Shown piece by piece: positions 56,028-64,000 of a DNA stretch of 64,000 nucleotides (positions within the stretch are counted from its first letter, which is position 1; each line of letters opens with the position of its first letter). The notes beneath the pieces were generated by a model. The model saw only the letters and a list, made by a program, of their open reading frames with translations, made no database searches and had not been told where the DNA came from. The stretch comes from Antedon mediterranea (taxonomy: Eukaryota > Animalia > Echinodermata). A program made the position numbers and the translations under genes. Location: the NCBI RefSeq assembly GCF_964355755.1, contig NC_092670.1:14928795-14992794 (forward strand), read 5' to 3'.

Positions 56028-59000
56028 CTAAGAAGATGGGAACCCGGATGCCGATGAAAGCTTTTTTAAGGGGGATTCCGGACGTGGAATGTAACGGTCC
56101 TCGCCAGATGTGGCGTAAGGATTGCCCTCTTTGGTCGATGGAGAGAATGCAGAGAAGTAATCAGAAGCGAATGCTACAATATCCTCTGGTTTGCGAAGAA
56201 GTAAAAATTGAAGAAAGTCTGCAAGAAGAGCTTTCAATTCAGGATGGTGCCGCATGTAGGTCGCATGATCGCCCTTTAGTTCCTCCTAAAAAAAAACAAT
56301 ACATTTATTATGCTTTTTGTTGCATTATCTTGTACATATGAAAGTAAAGTATGCTGAAATAAGGACACCCACTATAGCAATTTATTGCATTAGGTTCTGT
56401 CTACACTATCAAACTTTATGTGACAAAAAAATGTGATGTGCCCATATATGATGATGTCATATTACTATCATATTAATTTGAGCATGTCACTACCATATTT
56501 TGGCACACACTTAGAATGAGCTTTAGTGACATTACCTTTCTGTCAAGAAATTTAGAATAAAGTTGCATATCATCTTCCCAATTCAAAGTCTTCTTGGCCA
56601 CGGTAGGTTTTTCACGAAACTCGTCCTTCTCTAAAGGCTGAGGAACACGTAATAATCGCATGGTAACAGGTGAGCCAATTTGGACTCTACTGCTCATTCT
56701 CCTGTAAAACAAAAATATATTCAATTATGTTAAGTATCAGGTATCGTGTCAGGTATCGTCACCATTTACATACTCTTATTCAGACTCCACCCTGTCACCT
56801 TTTGTTGCATTTCTCTTATTCCTGTCCACCCAGGCAGTACTTGCCGGTTTTTATACTATGACGTTATCCAAATTCCTTCACTTGCACTGATGAGGGGCTA
56901 GTGTTGCACGAAAGCTCTGCTAACTTTTCTAGCTGTTTTACTATATCGTTTTTATTTAGCTTTTCGGTTTTTTTTTGTATCTCCATTGAGATCCAGCGAC
57001 TGATACCCACAGCATTGTCATTTGTTCAGTAATTTGCCTTTGGATTCAATTATGTTAAGTGTTATACATTCAGCAGAGGCCAGAGGTGGATCCAGCATTG
57101 TATAGGGCGCACTTTGTTCTGAGGGCACAAATAATAGTCTGGTTTGTGTATTTTGTTACTTCTTTAGGTGACTGAAATATAATATGCATCTCCCTTAATC
57201 CGCCTCTTGGGGCACACACAAGAATGGATAAGACTGCTGTGTACAAACTCTTGTTTATTTCCTATTTTGTCATTATTTCACCTATCTGGCCTGCATTTTC
57301 TAGACTAACACAGACTTAGCCCCTATTATTGTATGATTAACTATATATAGTTTTATATACAGTATAGCACATATACTGTAGTAGCATAGAACGACACCAT
57401 GGACTACTCACTCCCAAGTGTCCATGGCTGTCTGGACCATACTCTAGAGAACTTATTGAATGTGGGACATGGGAACCATGTTACCAAAACTGCTAGTTTT
57501 ATATCCCAGGAGCATGACAAGGTCAACAAGATTTCTAAAATTTCCATTCGATTAAAATAAATATCAAGAACAGTCTGACCTGTGGACTGGCTGGCCTCTA
57601 AACATAGATCTTAGCAGTTTATGAAAAGGATAGCAATTATATAAGATGGCTAGACATTACCTGCATGGATTGCAAGTTTTTGTTTTCATACAAAATCAAC
57701 ATGCATAAATATGTATAACAATTATAAAGTACAATTGTGTAAAAACAGGATCACCACAAGTTGGAGACACAGCTAATCAAATCCAAGGATATAGTGCTAT
57801 GGTGGATTTGTATTAGAATTATAAAGAATGTACAAGAGTGCTTTTCTATGCTAAATACAGATCAAAATGCACATTTTAACGACATATTTTCCTATTCGAT
57901 GTTCTTTTCGATTTAGGGAACATTAATATTCTATTGCAATTACTGCAGTAACTACATTTTGTTTACTCTTTAACCTGTTTATGCAATTATTTAGCAACTT
58001 TTCTCATAAACTTACATTTACATACAGTAACTGCAGTAGAATAGTTGACATGATCTCTTAAATTATAGAACAAAATGTGGTGCACTTCTTTCCCCTTTTT
58101 AAAATCAATCAAATTTATAAAGTTTTTTTTTCTACTAGGACGCAACATGATCTATTGCATCGTGATTGGTCAAATTACTTGAATTGTCCTTTCAAGCTTT
58201 ATATAACATATAAATGCAGCATCATTATTTTGTTTCTTATAAAAAAACTTACCCATCACGTAAGAAACATGTTTGCCATGTCGTAGGTAGGTCCGAGTAT
58301 GACTGAATTGTTCTCTCAATCCCTGTCACGGTCACCTCGGTATCTTCAATCATTTGAGCATGATTATCCAGGGATTTCTAAAAAAAAGGTCAGATTATCA
58401 TACAACTACATCACGCCATGATAACGATTGTAAAGATTAACATTTTAAACGCCGTTATTCCAAGATTAGTTATAAAAAGCGAGATACTCTGCAAATTGGT
58501 TTGATGTAAATGGGTTTAGATGGCTATAACTAACTGACAACCTTTACAAACTCCCAGACAACCGAGACGTATTTATAAGTCTACATTAATAGATTGTGAG
58601 TGAAGTAATAATCCTAAAACGTTTGGCTGATGACAGAATTTTTAAAAATTTTCAAAATGGCACCAGCTGATTTCAAAGTATGCAATTTACTTTAATCAAG
58701 ATTCTTTTTGAAATCCAAAAATGGGATATATTTTAACATGGCCGAGCTAACGTATACATTTTAGCCTTGTAATACGTATGTAGGCACAATATTGAGTCAT
58801 GGCTATACAAATATCCCCACCCATCAATAAAATAATAATAGGTCAGTGTTTGGCCACGAAAACCTTGACCTGAAAAATACACACAATTTTGTTATTATAT
58901 GGTATAACAAAATACAATTATGTTGATGTGACAAAGTGAAATTAATATCACATGACATTTGCCTTTAGCTAAATCACCCTGTTTACGCAATGCCCAGAAA

Positions 59001-61927
59001 TTCAACACAGGTTTTTTTAAACAGACTGATTAGAGTGTCCACATCAGAGAGTAACTGCATAATTAATCGGTGCGATCAGTATGTCACGTTACAATTTAAG
59101 ATTCTAGTATATTTTATTTTGTATGAAATCCACTTATTTGAATACAATTCTATACTATATTAATATAATACCATAATATATCACAGTTTTACAGTATATA
59201 AATCCAACTTACAAATTACAGAAAAAAAAAATGCCTGTGGTTAGCAGAGCTTGAGCTCAATGAAAATACAAATTAAAACAAGAAAAAAGCTAAATCAAAA
59301 CAATAAACAACAGTAAGAAAAAAACAATTCCTCACAGATACAATACATAATAATTTAAATAATAAAAAGAAAAATAATAGAAATTATAAACAGCCCGTGA
59401 CGCACTGGAAATTAATTAGATATTTTTTTTTAATGATTGCTTGATAACTTTATTTCAAAATAACAAAATTTCATATAAAAAAACAAGGACAACAAAAAAT
59501 CACAATATTTCCAATAACTTACAGATAGCGCATAGGGACATAACACTACATTATATTGTAAACAAATCAGGCAAAGAAAATTAATTCTAAACCGCCCGGT
59601 GATATACTGAAATTTAATTAATTAATTTGAAACGATAAAGATGAGGAAATCTGTGAGAATGAGAAAAAGTCGCCCAAACCGAGACTCGAACTCGGATCGC
59701 CTGCTTGATATGCAGATGTCCTAACCATTAACTCGATTGGATAGCGACTCTTTAACATTCTCGGCGTGGTACGGCAAACAGGACTAGTCCTCAGTTGTAC
59801 GCACGCGCACCAGAGATCAAATTGATACGACCTCATCTTATAGTATACATTATATTGTATTTACACTTTTTATTTTAAAATGGTTCCTCCAGTAATCAGT
59901 GAAGTTGTGATTGGCCCTACCAAGTACCAACAAGTGCTGGTCTTGAACACCCAATCCAGTGACACACTGCAGCACAAACACTTAAATCTAAATACAATAA
60001 ACCTATTCAACTCCATTAAATGACCTTGAAGAAAAATGTCATCGTGGCAAGGTGGGGTACAATGATGACATCATCCGCCTTCAATAATACGGAACAATTA
60101 ATTTAACAAAGGTGTTCAATACTGCTTTTTCTTTCATTTTTTATCATTATGACATTTTATGACATTGTTTTCATGGCTCCAGGGGATCACTTGAATACCA
60201 GACTTTTTTAATTAAAAAAAAATTGAACTGAAAAACAAAACTGAAAGCGAAATTTGAAGAGACAGCCACGACTACTGCATTAGTGACAATTAACCTTTGT
60301 TTTTTCAGACGCTGACATTCTCTGAAAAATGACGTAATACGATAACTTGCGATATCCTTTTTTGCAGGTAACCTTTTCAGCAGAGTCCCTAGTGGTGATT
60401 AGATCCAGGGGCTTTAAACTCAATCTTTTTTACAAAAAAAGTTGTACACGGTTTTGACACATTTTAGATAGCGTGAGAAACAAATTTCCAACAATGATTT
60501 TGTTGTCTGTACTTACAAGTATGCTATACTTTATTATTTTGTTAATAAATAAATCAAAAACTGCTAGTCTGAGCTTAGGCACGATGAGATGGGGTAGTGA
60601 AGGGTTCAAAAGACCCACTTTTTTTCCTTGCAAGTTTCCATGCAAGTTACAGTACTTGTCAATGAATTTCAGAATACGTACTTTAACTTAAGTAATCAAG
60701 CCCAATGGTTCGAACGAACGCTCTTTTTCTTTGAAGTGCCCTTTTCAAACTATAGATCACTATGGTAAATATGCCAATACTAGCTCATGCCAATTTTTGC
60801 ACCTTTTGTGGAAAAACTATACTCCTACTGTAACACTCTTTTTTTATTGACAGTGGACACTCTTTATTTAGTCATAAAAAATACTTACATATGTTGCATG
60901 ACACAGTTTGGCTTCTGAATCAAATGAAATGAATTTACAATCTTCTGGAATGCCTTTCTTCACCATTAGCCTTTGTATCAACAAATTAGAACCTGTTTTT
61001 ATAAGAAAAACAAGTAAAGTTAAATGTACAGAGTAACTTTGCAGCTAGATATTTGGTCAGATGGTCGCACTATTGTATGTAATTGTTCTTCATACTCCAT
61101 GTATAATGGGTGTTGCGGGTTAGAGTTCTACCTGATACAGGTTTTTAAATTTATTCTACTGGAGTTGCTGCAGTAAATACATTTTTTACTGCATCAAAAG
61201 TATGATTTTATTTAAAAATGTAGATGTTTATAAGTTAGTCACTGCAATAAACTAGGTCACTTTGGTCCAATGAATTTTTTTTTAATAATAAAAAACCAGT
61301 ACTACCCACCTTCTGATATGAATCCATGCATGGTTTCTGAACTGTATGTTTCAGCATGCCTAAACACTTGCTGTGAACATAAAAAAATTTCATAAACATT
61401 TTTTTTCATATTTGGAAATTCATGTACAGTAATTAGTTAGTTAAAAATTCTTCAAAAGATTCCATAGCTTCACATCATCCTTAACATATTCATTAAGTTG
61501 TACAATAATGATAGCATTAGCAGCAATGATATGTTAGTATCTTATTTCATTATAACTGTACATAAAGCATGGTTCTCATTAGGGCGCAAAGAAAAGGACG
61601 TACATGCAACGCAAGGTTGTGGACGCAAAGCAGGCAATTTAACTAATCAAATTACTATTCGAATTGTCACATTAGATTGGTAAATTTACTTGTATATTTT
61701 TAGAGGATCATTTTAACATGATATCAATTACAATGATGATGTTGACAATGATGATGACGATGATGTTGACAATGATGATGATAATGATGATGTTAACAAT
61801 GATGATGATGATGATGATGAAAAAATAATCTGTTACTTACCTCCCCTTGTGTGATTATTCTATTAAGAATGTACTTATCCTCTTGTTTAACAATAAACGT
61901 TTTTTTATCAAGATGTTGTTCTTCTAG
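56028..61927 (-). CDS. CATIP: Ciliogenesis-associated TTC17-interacting protein (CATIP/C2orf62), 3' exons; 5' exons lie beyond 64000
   Basis: Exons 61841-61927, 61310-61370, 60889-60992, 58253-58377, 56536-56701, 56028-56285 are phase-compatible. Motifs GFISEGSNLLIQRLM, GIERTIQS..PTTWQTCFLRDGRMSSRVQIGSP and [61 protein letters not shown] (RIIa-like D/D domain) are characteristic of CATIP. Confidence 0.9.
56391..56475. mobile_element. Fragment of a dispersed MITE family (other pieces at ~23784-23830 and ~27820-27905)
   Basis: TCTGTCTACACTATCAAACTTTATGTGACAAAAAAATGTGATGTGCCCA is shared in part by the three loci. Confidence 0.6.
56736..57043 (+). mobile_element. Hammerhead-bearing short retroelement (Penelope-like pLTR fragment or retrozyme-like), 17-bp TSD
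   Basis: Flanked by ATTCAATTATGTTAAGT at 56719-56735 and 57044-57060; shares its 3' ~150 bp with 22409-22560. Confidence 0.75.
56884..56920 (+). ncRNA. Minimal type I hammerhead ribozyme motif (one stem II mismatch)
   Basis: GCA-CTGATGA-G-GGGC-TAGTGTT-GCAC-GAAA-GC-TC-TGC: stem I GCA/TGC, intact CUGAUGA and GAAA cores, palindromic AGCT in place of stem III, predicted cleavage after C56917. Confidence 0.65.
57916..58057. mobile_element. PIF/Harbinger-type MITE, same family, in a CATIP intron
   Basis: GGGAACATT...ACTGCAGTAGAATAGTTGACATGATCTC, TTA on both flanks. Confidence 0.65.
59561..59845 (-). mobile_element. 285-bp insertion with an internal tRNA-like fold and 14-bp TSD
   Basis: Direct repeat TACATTATATTGTA at 59547-59560 and 59846-59859; GC-richer interior. 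Confidence 0.65.
59670..59742 (-). pseudogene. tRNA-like sequence (pseudo-tRNA, ATC at the anticodon position)
   Basis: A-box GAGTTAATGGTTAGG, anticodon arm TCTGC-ATATCAA-GCAGG, perfect T-arm CCGAG-TTCGAGT-CTCGG, then TTTTT; imperfect acceptor stem. Confidence 0.6.
61728..61820. repeat. (GAT)n imperfect microsatellite
   Basis: Directly visible, CATIP intron. Confidence 0.9.
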
Positions 61928-62496
61928 CTGAAAAGATAAAATTACAAACAAATTCATCATACTTGTTCAGACATAGGCCCACCCTGAGGTATAACATGCC
62001 CACCAACAAATCCGGAGCAATTTCCACACACACACATTTTTAGTTTGGGTCAACCGGCTCAGCTACAGTGATTAAGTTCACTTAGGTTGACCCTGGTCTC
62101 CCCAATTTCAGTTTTTTTTTGTTTTGTATATACTTAAATAGACCAAATAAATAATGAAATGAAAACTAAATTTGTTTATTTTGTTCGATTATTATTTTTC
62201 AGAAAAAGAAGCGTCAGGTTTGCGGTACACCTTTTATTCCAAAAAGAAGATAAAGGTTGAAAACGTTGTGCTACAACCATTTTCTGCATAATAACCAAAA
62301 CGGCAATACATTCTCATATTCCTTTTTGGAATCACATGGTACACCATTTGCCATGAAAACCTTTAAACACATGTTGTTAGAAGAGCACATATAATATCTG
62401 TATTTATTTTTAAATGACAATGAGCTTTATAGAACTATAGCCAAGCTGTAATAAAGAAAATCCAAGTAATACTTGCTTCTCAAAGGCTTCGTTTAA

Positions 62497-62805
62497 CGTT
62501 GAGTGGCTGAGCTGTTAAGACATTGCAACTGTAATACAGTACATAGCCATAACATAATATTTTCACTGACTCCATGTTTCTTTATCCGAAAAAACTCATT
62601 ATAATAATGAGTTTTTTCGGATAAGGACTATAAACCGTCAGTGTACACAAAATACACCCCGATGTACTAGTTTACACATGGCCACTGTCATACACAGTCA
62701 CTGAGGGGATCATCACTGGTATGCTGATCATCACAGATATGTACACTGGGCCATTTGAGAGAACTGTGTTTGACTGAAGAGGTCACCCAGTATAAATAAT
62801 AAAAG
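62497..62805 (+). mobile_element. Decayed copy of the same tRNA-derived SINE family
   Basis: Shares GAGTGGCTGAGCTGTTAAGACA, CGGATAAGGACTATAAACCGT and TTTGACTGAAGAGGTCACCCAGTATAAAT with 7213-7483. Confidence 0.75.
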
Positions 62806-64000
62806 AATAATAAAAAAAATAAAGGCTTAGGAAGTGGATTGAAATGACACAATAACCACTAGATCTTATTGGGGATCAATTTTACTGTTTTATGTTCTTA
62901 CTTTTTCATTTAAACCTGAAAAATTAATTATCATTCTTCCTTATTCACCATATTATTTAAACAATACGTCACATTCTAACAGCCAATTCCATTAGTTCAA
63001 AAAGCATTAAGCTTTAAAATATAATATGCTAGAGAAAATTGAGGAGAAAAAAAAAAAATTATCACAACAAAAAATGTAATACAATGATATCAAGTCAAAT
63101 AAAAACAACAGTTTCTAAAATTCTGCAGGACGCTCCAGGAAATTGGCATATAACATTGTCTTTATCAGCCATACAAGACTAAATCCCCAATAAAAAGCAA
63201 TCTCCGGCAGATGAAATACATTTGATGAGAAAAGCTAAGGTAAAAAGACATTGAACTGAGACTTGGTTTAAATAAAAGCATTCTTTTACACTGTGAAAAT
63301 CTACAAAATCCAACCATGATGTTTGCAAATTGTTAAATAGTTTCCACCTTGGAGGGTTGGAACACATTAATTGAATTGAACTGCGGTAGCTTAAATTAAT
63401 TCATGTAAACAAAACACCAAGTACATAATGCTATGATTAAAAAGCAAAAAAAGAAATAAATGAATGAATGATGATTAACAAGAAAGTGATATATTTCAAA
63501 AATCGTAATATTAAGCATTGTTGTAGTTTTTAATAAGAGGTGGTGGGAATCATAGATCTTTCATATTTAATCAACGTCACTTTTTAAAACATGCCCAGGT
63601 GTCCATAGATTCGAATATCCTGTCCAGAATCTGATCTTTGACACCCCTTCCATGACACATGGAAAAAATAAATATCACACTGAACAACTATCGCCGCAGT
63701 CCTACCATCTGCATTCAAAGCTTATCATACCTGCACACCTTAACACACTAGATAAGCTCAATACCGAAAGTTGTACATTGCCAATTACCTGTTAGAAAAT
63801 TAAGTACATCCGAACTAACAACAAAAAAATAAATGCATGCTTAACAACAAAGAAGTGCTTACGAAATATCGCTTCGTCGAACCGTAGGTAGCAGCTCGTG
63901 ATCTCAACATAATGATGTATGCTCGTCGTATACCTCTGTCACAGTCTAAACAAACTCTGAGCGTGCACTTATAACCGGTGAGTTTGTTAGCTCGCCAATC

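Noticed and set aside
57412-57443. Possible 32-nt cassette exon in CATIP (ctctag|...|gtgagt)
   Set aside because: It would shift the frame, and the neighbouring exons join seamlessly (LRDG|RMSS).
62270-62360. Minus-strand MANGVPCDSKKEY..., echoing the CATIP N-terminal GVPC-like motif
   Set aside because: The similarity does not extend, the frame ends in a stop and there are no compatible splice sites; probably repeat-derived.

Overview
AT-rich, intron-containing animal genomic DNA, not prokaryotic. The repeat content (Deu/Nin-type SINEs, TAGGCCTA-rich tracts) suggests a marine invertebrate deuterostome, perhaps an echinoderm; this is an inference. Four spliced genes were reconstructed by hand with GT-AG boundaries and consistent phases. 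(1) A giant AKAP9/pericentrin-like coiled-coil gene (- strand, ATG at 37574, 24 exons and ~3476 aa in the window, continuing past position 1). (2) Complete SNF8/VPS22 (+, 6 exons, 251 aa). (3) A divergent TEX12-like synaptonemal-complex gene that the ORF track splits into pieces (-, 4 coding exons, 187 aa). (4) The 3' part of CATIP (-, 6 exons). Between the divergent AKAP9 and SNF8 starts lies a ~7.4 kb foldback: two oppositely oriented arrays of one 97-bp satellite enclosing a ~190-bp satellite and a 30-bp palindrome. The introns hold MITEs, SINEs (one with a 5S rRNA + tRNA hybrid head), a LINE 3' fragment and a TSD-flanked repeat with an internal tRNA-like fold. They also hold a small TSD-flanked retroelement family carrying a minimal hammerhead ribozyme. 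All homology calls rest on recalled sequences, not database searches.
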